Source of the DNA: a virus
Lineage: Duplodnaviria > Caudoviricetes
Length of the DNA stretch: 31,390 nucleotides
Virus record (IMG/VR): IMGVR_UViG_3300027892_000102
Location: 1 to 31,390 of that record
Reading direction: 5' to 3' (one strand)
Below the pieces are notes generated by a model. It made no database searches. It worked only from the letters and a program-made list of their open reading frames with translations, and was not told where the DNA came from. Positions within the stretch are counted from its first letter, which is position 1. Each line of letters opens with the position of its first letter. A program made the position numbers and the translations under genes. Of the stretch, positions 1 to 8,581 are shown piece after piece.

Positions 1-12
1 ATAAATAACTAC

Positions 13-552
13 ATGAAGTTTAGTCAATTGGTTTTATTATTAGAGGCTGATGAAGGTATTGAAGTTAGAAGAAAGTACTGGGATGAGGATAAGACAATAC
101 CTGCGGTTGAAACGTGGATTAAAGATGGGAAGAAGCACCGCTTAGATGGTCCTACTGTTCAATTGTGGTATAAAAATGGTAAAAAAGATTGTCAAGTTTA
201 TTATAAAGATGGTAGGCGTCATCGCTTAGATGGTCCTGCGTTCCAAAAGTGGTATACAGATGGTCAAAAAGAATCTGAAGTGTATTATAAAGATGGTAAT
301 ATTCATCGTACAGATGGTCCTGCTTCTCAAGGGTGGTATAATTATGGTCAAAAAGAATCTGAAGTGTATTTTAAAGATGGTAATATTCATCGTACAGATG
401 GACCGGCTTATCAAAAGTGGTATGTAAATGGCGAAAAAGAATCTGAAGAGTATTACTTATATGGTAAAGAAGTATCATCAAATGAGTTTAAACAACTAAC
501 TAAGCAGTATAATAGTGACGACTTAGATATATTAGATGATTTAAATTCATAA
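13..552 (+). CDS. HRxDGPA (MORN-variant/YwqK-like) repeat protein, family member 1; putative internal head protein
   Basis: Four 28-aa repeats (HRLDGP x2, HRTDGP x2); leader MKFSQLVLLLE; tail NEFKQLTKQYNSDDLDILDDLNS; TAAATA at 2-7. Confidence 0.8.
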   Translation: MKFSQLVLLLEADEGIEVRRKYWDEDKTIPAVETWIKDGKKHRLDGPTVQLWYKNGKKDCQVYYKDGRRHRLDGPAFQKWYTDGQKESEVYYKDGNIHRTDGPASQGWYNYGQKESEVYFKDGNIHRTDGPAYQKWYVNGEKESEEYYLYGKEVSSNEFKQLTKQYNSDDLDILDDLNS

Positions 553-1600
553 ATATCTTATGACATTTGATCAATTAGTTTTATTATTAGAGGCTGATGA
601 AGGTATTGAAGTTAAAAGAGAGTACTGGGATGATGCTAAGACAAAGCTTAAGTCTGAAATTTGGTATAATCCTGAACTTGAAATTGTTGAGGATGATCAA
701 CAATTTTTTTATTATCATCGCTTAGATGGTCCTGCAGTACAAACGTGGTATAAAAATAATCAAAAAAATACTGAAACTTGGATTAAAGATAATAGGTATC
801 ATCGCATAGATGGTCCTGCTTATCAATCGTGGTATGAAACTGGTCAAAAACGATATGAAGAGTGGTATAAAGATGGTAAATATCATCGCTTAGATGTTCC
901 TGCAGTACAAACGTGGTATAAAAATGATCAAAAACGGTCTGAACATTGGTTTAAAGATGGTAAATATCATCGCTTAGATGGTCCTGCTAAACAAGAATGG
1001 GATAAAAATGGTAATAAAGTAACAGAAGATTACTATTTAAACGGTAAAGAACTAACACCAAATGAGTTTAAACAACTACATAAGCAGTATAATAGTGACG
1101 ACTTAGATATATTAGATGATTTGAACACATAAATAACTACATGAAGTTTAGTCAATTGGTTTTATTATTAGAGGCTGATGAAGGTATTCATGTTACAAGG
1201 AACTACTGGGATGAAGCTAAGAAAAAGCTTAGGACTGAAGGTTATTATAAATTTAGTGATCTTCATCGTTTAGATGGTCCTGCTTATCAACAGTGGTATA
1301 GAGATGGTAATAAATTGAGGGAAGGATGGTATAAAGATGGTAAACACCATCGCATAGATGGTCCTACTACACAAAAGTGGTACGGAGATGGTCAAAAAGA
1401 ATATGAATATTGGCTTAAAGATGGTAAGCTTGATCGTACAGATGGTCCTGCTTATCAAATATGGTTTATTGGTGGTCAGAAAAGTAAGGAAGAGTGGTAT
1501 AAAGATGGTAAACTTCATCGCATGAATGGTCCTGCTTATCAAATATGGTTTCCAGATGGTAAGAGAATAAAAGAGGAGTATTATATAAATGGTAAAGAAG
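130..1600 (+). repeat. In-frame 84-nt tandem coding repeat (core catcg-tt/ta/at-agatggtcctgc) in members 1-3
   Basis: 260-317 vs 344-401 differ at one base (offset 84); stretches starting at 713 and 881 nearly identical (offset 168). Confidence 0.9.
560..1132 (+). CDS. HRxDGPA repeat protein, member 2
   Basis: Four repeats; leader MTFDQLVLLLEADEGI; tail nearly identical to member 1. Confidence 0.8.
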   Translation: MTFDQLVLLLEADEGIEVKREYWDDAKTKLKSEIWYNPELEIVEDDQQFFYYHRLDGPAVQTWYKNNQKNTETWIKDNRYHRIDGPAYQSWYETGQKRYEEWYKDGKYHRLDVPAVQTWYKNDQKRSEHWFKDGKYHRLDGPAKQEWDKNGNKVTEDYYLNGKELTPNEFKQLHKQYNSDDLDILDDLNT

Positions 1601-1680
1601 TACTACCAAATGAAGTTAAGCAATTATATAAGCAATATGATCAAGAAGAGTTAGATATAATAAATGACCTCAACACATAA
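1141..1680 (+). CDS. HRxDGPA repeat protein, member 3
   Basis: Four repeats; nt 1129-1188 identical to nt 1-60; shared tail. Confidence 0.8.
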   Translation: MKFSQLVLLLEADEGIHVTRNYWDEAKKKLRTEGYYKFSDLHRLDGPAYQQWYRDGNKLREGWYKDGKHHRIDGPTTQKWYGDGQKEYEYWLKDGKLDRTDGPAYQIWFIGGQKSKEEWYKDGKLHRMNGPAYQIWFPDGKRIKEEYYINGKEVLPNEVKQLYKQYDQEELDIINDLNT

Positions 1681-1690
1681 ATAATTACAT

Positions 1691-2068
1691 ATGAATTTCG
1701 ATGCTCTTATAGTACTATTAAATGAAATGTCTGATACTGATAGTAATGCTTATACCTTAAACTGGGGTAATGGTAGTGTAGGTGTTAATGTTGTTCTTAA
1801 ACCTGGTACTAAAGTGCTACATAATGAGAGTGGACCTGCTGTTGAATTATTCTATAAGAATGGTAAGCCTAAACTTATAACCTATTACAGAGATGGTCAA
1901 TTACATAATTTAAAAGGACCTGCTGTGGAGGAATATTCACAAAATGGTTCTCTCATTGAAAAGAAATACTATATCAAAGGTAAAGAAGTATTACCTAATG
2001 AAGTATCACAAGCGGCTAAGGAATACACTGACCAAGACATCGACATTATTAATGATCTTAATTCATAA
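1691..2068 (+). CDS. HRxDGPA repeat protein, member 4 (divergent)
   Basis: HNESGPA and HNLKGPA repeats; leader MNFDALIVLLNE; tail KEYTDQDIDIINDLNS. Confidence 0.75.
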   Translation: MNFDALIVLLNEMSDTDSNAYTLNWGNGSVGVNVVLKPGTKVLHNESGPAVELFYKNGKPKLITYYRDGQLHNLKGPAVEEYSQNGSLIEKKYYIKGKEVLPNEVSQAAKEYTDQDIDIINDLNS

Positions 2069-2895
2069 TGTTCTCTTTTAAAGAATTTTATTTACAGGAA
2101 AGGCTTAAAAGTAAGCATCTTATACCTCCGACTGATGTAGAGAAAACTACTAATACTCACGTATCAACAACAGATAAATACAGTACAACATCATATGATG
2201 ATGTATATACCAGAAAGACATGGAGAGATAAAGAAGAAAGGTTACATAGAGATGGTGGACCTGCTATGATATTAACTGATAATGAATGGTCTTTAGAATT
2301 AGATCCTGATGATATCATACGTGAATACCCCAAAATACATCATATAGAGGCTTGGTATACACACGGTATGTTAAATAGACAGGATGGACCTGCTAAAACT
2401 GTTATAAAAAATGGTAAGATAGAATCACAAGATTGGTTTAAAAATGATAAACTTCATCGCGTGGATGGACCTGCACATATATACAATTCACAAGGTAGTG
2501 GTAAGTTTACAATTGAAGATTTCTATATTGAAGGTGAATTAAAATATAAGAAACAAACCAGTATACTTATGGGTCGTAGAACAAATATACAGTATTATGA
2601 TACTGAGAATAAGTTACATAGAGAGGATGATAAACCTGCATACATTATATTACCTGATGGCCTTCCTAAGATAAAGGAAAGTAGGTGGTATAAACACGGG
2701 CAGCGTCACCGCCTAACAGGTCCTGCTGTTATAATTAATAACTACGGTATACCAGATGCATCTGGTTTAGGTACACCGGATACTAAAGAGTACTATATTA
2801 ATGATAAGCAAATATTACCTGGTGAGTTTAAGCAACTTACCAAGCAGTATAATACAAAAGATATAGAAATGTATAACGACTTAACGGGTCTTTGA
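2068..2895 (+). CDS. HRxDGPA repeat protein, member 5 (divergent, irregular spacing)
   Basis: Five repeat cores; leader MFSFKEFYLQE; tail EFKQLTKQYNTKDIEMYNDLTGL; TAATG-coupled to member 4. Confidence 0.75.
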   Translation: MFSFKEFYLQERLKSKHLIPPTDVEKTTNTHVSTTDKYSTTSYDDVYTRKTWRDKEERLHRDGGPAMILTDNEWSLELDPDDIIREYPKIHHIEAWYTHGMLNRQDGPAKTVIKNGKIESQDWFKNDKLHRVDGPAHIYNSQGSGKFTIEDFYIEGELKYKKQTSILMGRRTNIQYYDTENKLHREDDKPAYIILPDGLPKIKESRWYKHGQRHRLTGPAVIINNYGIPDASGLGTPDTKEYYINDKQILPGEFKQLTKQYNTKDIEMYNDLTGL

Positions 2896-3264
2896 TTTTT
2901 CGCTAAGATAGCCGGAAGTACTTTCAATTTCACGTCTAAATTTTTGCACAAATGATGTTATAAACTTTCTAGCTATTTGTTCATCAGATAGCATTTTTTT
3001 AACAAAAACTGGATTTGTTTTATTATTGTTTAATAAAGCTACTATGAATCTACTCCAAACTGGTGTAGGTTCACCATTATTAAACAAACCCATATCATTT
3101 CTGATATTTTTAAGCATTTGTGACTTTTCAGGTGTTATTACATACTCATCTATACTAGGTGCACTTTTTTTAATAGGTTTAGACATTAAACTTGTTCTAT
3201 GAGCTATTAAAGCTTTTTTATCAAAAGCTTCATTTATATATTGTGTAAGAAAAATATTTTTCAT
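2881..3264 (-). CDS. Hypothetical protein, possible internal head protein
   Basis: 127-aa ORF abutting upstream gene; leader MKNIFLTQYINE-A. Confidence 0.6.
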   Translation of the reverse strand: MKNIFLTQYINEAFDKKALIAHRTSLMSKPIKKSAPSIDEYVITPEKSQMLKNIRNDMGLFNNGEPTPVWSRFIVALLNNNKTNPVFVKKMLSDEQIARKFITSFVQKFRREIESTSGYLSEKSKTR

Positions 3265-4419
3265 TTATTCTATATCCTTATATTTATCACCTCTAAATTC
3301 ATCCATTTTATCTTCATACTCCATCATTATTTGCTTTACCTGATCTAAAGCTGTTATTATAGCTGATTTAGCTTTATCACCACCACCTAAAACATCAGCA
3401 ATTTTATTTGTCTTTATCAATTGCATTACTGTTTGAGGTATATATTTTGAATCTTTGAAAGGTATAAGCTCAACAAACTTTGTATATAGTTCAGGACCTG
3501 TCATTAGCTCAACAGTTTCATCATCTAGTGTTCTTACGTCATGTTGTTCTTGATCGACAAGTGACATAGTTAAGTATGTCCATAATCCTTTAACTATCTC
3601 GTGTATTAGTACTGGAAAGAAAGGTGAGTTTGCATGCACTGTATAAACATCATCTTCCGGAATAACTTCAGAAGAACCCATTTCAGATTCTGATGAACGC
3701 ATACTAAGAGGTATATCAGGCATTGCATAATATGCTACTTGTATTATTGATGCTAATGTACCGTATAATTTTATTAGGCTTGGATCTATTTTGTTTAGAT
3801 CATCAGATACCATATTAAACAAATATGTTTTATTAAATGCATTTCCTTGTTTTAACATATTAGCAAACTTCCATTTCAACTTATTATCACTTGCATCTTC
3901 AAGATCTTTAGCTAAGTTTAATGTAATTTCTTCTGTTTTGGTTAACTCACCTTCTTCTATCTCTCCTCTATCTTGTAAATCTTCTTTTGTAATAGCATTA
4001 CTTAGGTCTGCTGCACCAAGTGTAGCAACTATCTTAAGCTCACCTCGCTCAACCATATGCTTAAAGAAATCAAACTCAGGTAGATTTAAAACTGTATCAA
4101 CTGCTAGTTTTTCGAGATTCTTTTTGTGTGTATGTTGAAGTTGCTGTATCTTAGGTATAACACCCATTACAGTTGATAATAATTGTGGTAGGCCAGTTCT
4201 ACTTGGATTAAGACCAGTATAGTTTTTTAGTCTTTCAATTGCTTTTTTATATGACGCACTTGTAACTGTTTCAATATAGCTTGCTTCTTTTTGTGATAAA
4301 GAAGGCATTAATTTTTCTATATCTAAAGATGGTGTATACTTTCTCTCTTTATCACTATGAAAGAGATTAGGTGCTTCACCTTTATCTATAGCTTCTAATA
4401 CTTTTTTATAGTTTTTCAT
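3265..4419 (-). CDS. Hypothetical protein with zincin-like HExxK motif
   Basis: 384-aa ORF; FPVLIHEIVKGL; leader MKNYKKVLE-A. Confidence 0.65.
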   Translation of the reverse strand: MKNYKKVLEAIDKGEAPNLFHSDKERKYTPSLDIEKLMPSLSQKEASYIETVTSASYKKAIERLKNYTGLNPSRTGLPQLLSTVMGVIPKIQQLQHTHKKNLEKLAVDTVLNLPEFDFFKHMVERGELKIVATLGAADLSNAITKEDLQDRGEIEEGELTKTEEITLNLAKDLEDASDNKLKWKFANMLKQGNAFNKTYLFNMVSDDLNKIDPSLIKLYGTLASIIQVAYYAMPDIPLSMRSSESEMGSSEVIPEDDVYTVHANSPFFPVLIHEIVKGLWTYLTMSLVDQEQHDVRTLDDETVELMTGPELYTKFVELIPFKDSKYIPQTVMQLIKTNKIADVLGGGDKAKSAIITALDQVKQIMMEYEDKMDEFRGDKYKDIE

Positions 4420-4664
4420 TTTTTGCTACGGCGTGATAAAAATAACTTAACATCAGCATTTTCTTCGTCTTCTTGGTTAGTTTTTTTCTTTGCATCTGGA
4501 CGAGGCTTTGTACCTGGCTTAGGTGCAAAAGGGTGTGTAGGTTTAGATGGCTTACTTGGTGTATTAGGTGTTGTACCAGGCTTCACGGTAGGCTTTTCAG
4601 GTGTAACGGTAGGTGCTGGTGATTCACTAAGTATGCGTTTAATTAAGTTATCGAATTTTGCCAT
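4416..4664 (-). CDS. Small Pro/Lys/Thr-rich protein, possible internal head protein
   Basis: Leader MAKFDNLIKRILSE; TAAATA 5 nt upstream (4670-4675); ATGA overlap with next gene. Confidence 0.7.
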   Translation of the reverse strand: MAKFDNLIKRILSESPAPTVTPEKPTVKPGTTPNTPSKPSKPTHPFAPKPGTKPRPDAKKKTNQEDEENADVKLFLSRRSKK

Positions 4665-4677
4665 GTTAATATTTATG

Positions 4678-6300
4678 TTACTCGTTTTCTTCTTTAATTT
4701 TTTCTAAGATTTTAGAAGTGTATTCTTTTCGTATAGGTAGATCACCACTTAAGTTATTAAAGTTTAACAAATATGTAATACCTTTACCTTTTTCTCTTTG
4801 CCCTTGTCTTGTAGCCATATCAATAACTTGTCTATATATTACAGAGTTATTTTTCCATATATCTGTAATCTGTTTTTCTTTATTTTGTTCTGGCTTTAGA
4901 GAATCTATTGCCCTTAACATCTTAGGTGTAAAAAATAAATACACTAAGTGTCTTAATGTTTTTCTACTATTAATATAGTTAATTTGTGATTTAACAGGTA
5001 GATTTACAAAATCAGAACTTGTTATAAAAATTTGAGGTAGTTCACAAAGTGTATACTTTACTGCATCTGTTAATGTTTTAAAATTTTTAACATTATATTC
5101 TGCTATAATGTTTGAAAGTAACTTACTCTTTAATGCAGGTAGATACTTCTCACATTGCTTAGAGAATGTTTGTATTACTTGAGGGAAATTCTTAAGCTCA
5201 GGTGATATATAAAGTAAAAGTTCTTTATAGATATTAAACCTCTCTCCTATAGATACATCACCAAGTAGACTGCTAAGTCGTTCTATAAACTTAGGAGATT
5301 GTATATCACCTTGAATTGAGTCGTCATTCTTAGATTTTGCAAATAGATTTTTGCTATATGTTTCGTATACCCCTATACCATATAGAGAAAAACCACCTCT
5401 ATCAAATCTACCGTTTACATACATAGTTTGCAGCTCCTTATCCATGTTTATAAAATCTTTTATAAATACCGGCTTACCTATTTGACAATATATCATTTTT
5501 GGTCTATATTTTAATTTATCAAAATCTTCTGGTTTAGCTTTAGTAACTGCATATTCTTCTTCCTCCTTTACCGAAAGTGGTATAAATTTTATATACTTCT
5601 CTTTATTTTTTAATGCAGGTATAAGGTTTACTACCCTATTCCACTCCATAGTTGTATCATCTGCATTATTTTGAGAAGTTAAATAGTATTGACCATTATC
5701 AGATATCATTAATACTGCGTTTTGATATCTAGGTGATGGTGTAGGTACTTTACTATGTATAAGATAATGTGACCAAAATTGATCCGGCAAACCATCTCTT
5801 TTTTTAATTCTATAAGAGTAGTACATATTACCACCACCAGGTTTACCTATACACCATGTAGAACCTTTAAAAGGTGGTAATGTTGGTAGTATTGTATCGC
5901 GAATGTATATCCATTCTTCTGGATCTCTACCTAAAATTATCTTGATAGTATCATCTTCGTAAATTTCTTTATACATAGTACTATCTATTTTACTATTAGC
6001 ACTTATCTGAATATCTCTTAAACTATCTATTACCTGTTCAAGTTGCTCCCATGTGAATAAAAATATATCCTTAGGGTTCTTAACTTCAGGATAAAATCTA
6101 TTAACTGCATTAATAAACCTAGGAGTGTTTTTTAATTGTTCATATGCTTCTAAATATGCTGTTATAGCATCGTCAGTTAATTCTGGTCTCTCTTTTTTGT
6201 ATTTTACGTTTAATGCTTTAAGCGTAACTTCAGTAAACTCACGAATAAGTGTATTAGTATACCTATTGTATATATGATAGTCTTCTAAAATAGTACTCAT
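4678..6300 (-). CDS. Large hypothetical protein with STWCIG motif (PcfJ-like motif, tentative)
   Basis: 540-aa ORF; KGSTWCIGKPGGGNMYYSY; N-terminal ILE and LIRE possible protease sites. Confidence 0.6.
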   Translation of the reverse strand: MSTILEDYHIYNRYTNTLIREFTEVTLKALNVKYKKERPELTDDAITAYLEAYEQLKNTPRFINAVNRFYPEVKNPKDIFLFTWEQLEQVIDSLRDIQISANSKIDSTMYKEIYEDDTIKIILGRDPEEWIYIRDTILPTLPPFKGSTWCIGKPGGGNMYYSYRIKKRDGLPDQFWSHYLIHSKVPTPSPRYQNAVLMISDNGQYYLTSQNNADDTTMEWNRVVNLIPALKNKEKYIKFIPLSVKEEEEYAVTKAKPEDFDKLKYRPKMIYCQIGKPVFIKDFINMDKELQTMYVNGRFDRGGFSLYGIGVYETYSKNLFAKSKNDDSIQGDIQSPKFIERLSSLLGDVSIGERFNIYKELLLYISPELKNFPQVIQTFSKQCEKYLPALKSKLLSNIIAEYNVKNFKTLTDAVKYTLCELPQIFITSSDFVNLPVKSQINYINSRKTLRHLVYLFFTPKMLRAIDSLKPEQNKEKQITDIWKNNSVIYRQVIDMATRQGQREKGKGITYLLNFNNLSGDLPIRKEYTSKILEKIKEENE

Positions 6301-6301
6301 A

Positions 6302-6994
6302 TTAAATTCCTGTTAGATCTGTATATAAATTAATATCAGTAGAATCGTAATCTTTAGCAAATGACTTAAACTCATTTTCCGTAAGCTCTTTACCACCTAA
6401 AAAGAATAGCTCTTGTGTTTCTACGTTAGAATCCTTATTCAATTTAAGGACTGCAGGTCCGGTTGAATTGTGTAATTCACCGTTTCTATAGTACTCAATC
6501 ATATGATAGAAAGCAAAATCAACAACTGCAGGTCCATTTTCATTGTGTAAATCCCCTTTTGAATTATATGTTTTTAATTTGATACTGCCGCTATAATTTA
6601 TACTAATTTCCAGCGTACCATAATCTGCTAACCAATACCGTCCAGGTCCAACTATAGGTTGATTAGGTTCTTTAAGCTTTAAGTTTTTAATAAATTTAAT
6701 AGCATAGTGTCTATTATAATCAAACTCAGAATAAGCTTCATTATTAATAAAGAATATTTTTTTATTACCTTCTACATGATAAAATGCAGGCCCATTGAGA
6801 TTATTTAGCTTATAATGTACGTTTTTGTAAGCGTACATAATTATACCGTTTTGATCACGTATCTTAAAAGAGGTAAAGTACCTACCTGAAGGTTCAATCT
6901 GGTTAAATTCCCAGCAGTCCTCTTTATTTGCTACAGCTCTACGTAAGTTTTCCCGTACAGCAGTAGCAATCTGACTTGTAGGTGTTACGTACAT
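6302..6994 (-). CDS. HRxDGPA repeat family, member 6
   Basis: NNLNGPA, HNENGPA, HNSTGPA; tail GKELTENEFKSFAKDYDSTDINLYTDLTGI; no obvious targeting leader. Confidence 0.7.
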   Translation of the reverse strand: MYVTPTSQIATAVRENLRRAVANKEDCWEFNQIEPSGRYFTSFKIRDQNGIIMYAYKNVHYKLNNLNGPAFYHVEGNKKIFFINNEAYSEFDYNRHYAIKFIKNLKLKEPNQPIVGPGRYWLADYGTLEISINYSGSIKLKTYNSKGDLHNENGPAVVDFAFYHMIEYYRNGELHNSTGPAVLKLNKDSNVETQELFFLGGKELTENEFKSFAKDYDSTDINLYTDLTGI

Positions 6995-7644
6995 TAATCT
7001 ATTCCAAGTAATTTATCTAGATTTTCTGCTGAATATTTATTGGCTGTTGGGTCTGTGATTGGCTTATCTTTTGGCTTATTACGTTTAAAATCACCGTCTG
7101 TAAAGTTCCTTAATATTCCAGATTGTTCTGCAGCTTCGGTTATACCTCTTGCAATATATTCAACATATGTTTTACCTACTTTTACATCACCTTTTGTCAT
7201 TTCAGGTATTGCTCTTGCAACAATAGGCTTAACTACTTGATCTCTAAATTCAAGATTTGTACCCATAAATTTACCGTCTGTGTATTCAGCTAATTTATCA
7301 AGTATCTGTGTTAATATATTATTAGCAATTTTAACAGATGTTTCTGGTGACATCTCTTTAAATTTTGTTATGAATGCTAAATAAAAGCGCCATGAATGTT
7401 CTCCAGGTGTTGCACCTTGATATGCAACCCGTGGTCTTATTCCACCATCTGGTGTTTCTTCATGTGTGCTCTTTGCTAAGGCTAACATTTTTTCACGAGC
7501 AGTAGGATGTTCAGGTCCGTATTCCCCTGCTTCATAAGGTGGGAATGCTTCGTTTACTGCTCTTTGTCTATTTTCTGTAACAAGTATAGACTTACCTGAT
7601 ATTTTTGTTGCGTACAGATTATTCAATTCTTCGTGAAAGCTCAT
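6994..7644 (-). CDS. Hypothetical protein (start revised to ATG at 7644, MSFHEELNNLY)
   Basis: TAAATA at 7650-7655, 5 nt before this ATG; the longer ORF-track start overlaps the divergent gene. Confidence 0.65.
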   Translation of the reverse strand: MSFHEELNNLYATKISGKSILVTENRQRAVNEAFPPYEAGEYGPEHPTAREKMLALAKSTHEETPDGGIRPRVAYQGATPGEHSWRFYLAFITKFKEMSPETSVKIANNILTQILDKLAEYTDGKFMGTNLEFRDQVVKPIVARAIPEMTKGDVKVGKTYVEYIARGITEAAEQSGILRNFTDGDFKRNKPKDKPITDPTANKYSAENLDKLLGID

Positions 7645-7700
7645 ATAATTATTTATTAAATTGTGTGAATTTTGACAAGAAACAATAAATAATAATACAT

Positions 7701-8102
7701 ATGGCAAGCTTTACAGACGCAGTATACGATGTTACAAAAATGGGTAGTCCATCAATTTTGATCTACTCTTTGAGTGGTGTTAACAATACAATAGTACTTT
7801 CTAGTGCTGGCACCTTTAATGGTGTTGACGTAGAAGGTATATTATATAATTCTACAGAATTTACATCACCACTATCTAGTACACAGGTAGTAACAATTTC
7901 AAGCCCTGGAGATACATCTACAGTAGTAAGACTATTATCCGGATCTGCTACAGGTGTTACGCTTTGTCTTCAAGCGTCTAATAACTTTACAACCTCATTT
8001 ATAGTACTAACTTCTACCTCAACTATAATTGCAAGAGTAAGTGCTGGTGGTTTTGATAACATTGGTCCAGATAATAGACGTCGTTGGAACCTTAATGGGT
8101 AA
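7701..8102 (+). CDS. Ser/Thr-rich beta-type hypothetical protein, probable virion component
   Basis: 133 aa; TAAATA at 7686-7691; own terminator downstream. Confidence 0.6.
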   Translation: MASFTDAVYDVTKMGSPSILIYSLSGVNNTIVLSSAGTFNGVDVEGILYNSTEFTSPLSSTQVVTISSPGDTSTVVRLLSGSATGVTLCLQASNNFTTSFIVLTSTSTIIARVSAGGFDNIGPDNRRRWNLNG

Positions 8103-8116
8103 CAAATAAAGAACTT

Positions 8117-8151
8117 AAAAAAGCTGGGTTGTTAACAACCCAGCTTTTTTT
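8117..8151. terminator. Intrinsic terminator, potentially bidirectional
   Basis: A6-gctgggttg-ttaa-caacccagc-T7. Confidence 0.9.
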
Positions 8152-8165
8152 ATGTAAATATTATT

Positions 8166-8558
8166 ATGGATAAACTTAATGACATTAAGAAAATAGGTCT
8201 GCTATATGAAAGTGGACTTAATATGTGGGCTATTGCTGATAGTCAGCAAAAAAATCAAGCGCATAATAATATGCCGACATCTGATGTAAAGAATAGTTAT
8301 GCTAACGTAAATAGTACTGGTAATTTACCAGGCAATTCAGCTAAGACAAACACTGCAGGTATTCCTGGTGCTACAGGCTCTTTTAGTGAAAATGAAGAGA
8401 TTATGGTAAGAGGGTACGGTAAGATGACTAAAACTCAATTAAAGAATCTTGTAGATAAGACTGTTGACTCTATATCTGAAATGAAGAAGCTTAAAAAGTA
8501 TAATCAAATTACAACTAAACTTGAAATGCTTGCCACTCTACTAAAGCATTTTAACTGA
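8166..8558 (+). CDS. Hypothetical protein, possible internal head protein
   Basis: 130 aa; TAAATA at 8155-8160; leader ends GLLYE; basic C-terminal helix. Confidence 0.6.
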   Translation: MDKLNDIKKIGLLYESGLNMWAIADSQQKNQAHNNMPTSDVKNSYANVNSTGNLPGNSAKTNTAGIPGATGSFSENEEIMVRGYGKMTKTQLKNLVDKTVDSISEMKKLKKYNQITTKLEMLATLLKHFN

Positions 8559-8567
8559 TAAATAATA

Positions 8568-8577
8568 TAAGGAGGTG
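8568..8577 (+). promoter_or_regulatory. Perfect Shine-Dalgarno TAAGGAGGTG
   Basis: Follows TAAATA at 8559-8564; precedes in-frame ATT at 8582. Confidence 0.75.
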
Positions 8578-8581
8578 CAAA

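Noticed and set aside
130-1600. CRISPR-like periodic repeats
   Set aside because: Period is 84 nt and in frame; the intervening parts are homologous coding sequence; no cas genes seen
13-1680. YwqK antitoxin of a toxin-antitoxin system
   Set aside because: Similarity is only a generic repeat fold; no adjacent toxin recognised
1-2895. Diversity-generating retroelement target/template pair
   Set aside because: No reverse transcriptase in the window, no non-coding template copy, and differences are not confined to adenines (e.g. ggt/gtt, ggt/gga); an RT elsewhere cannot be excluded
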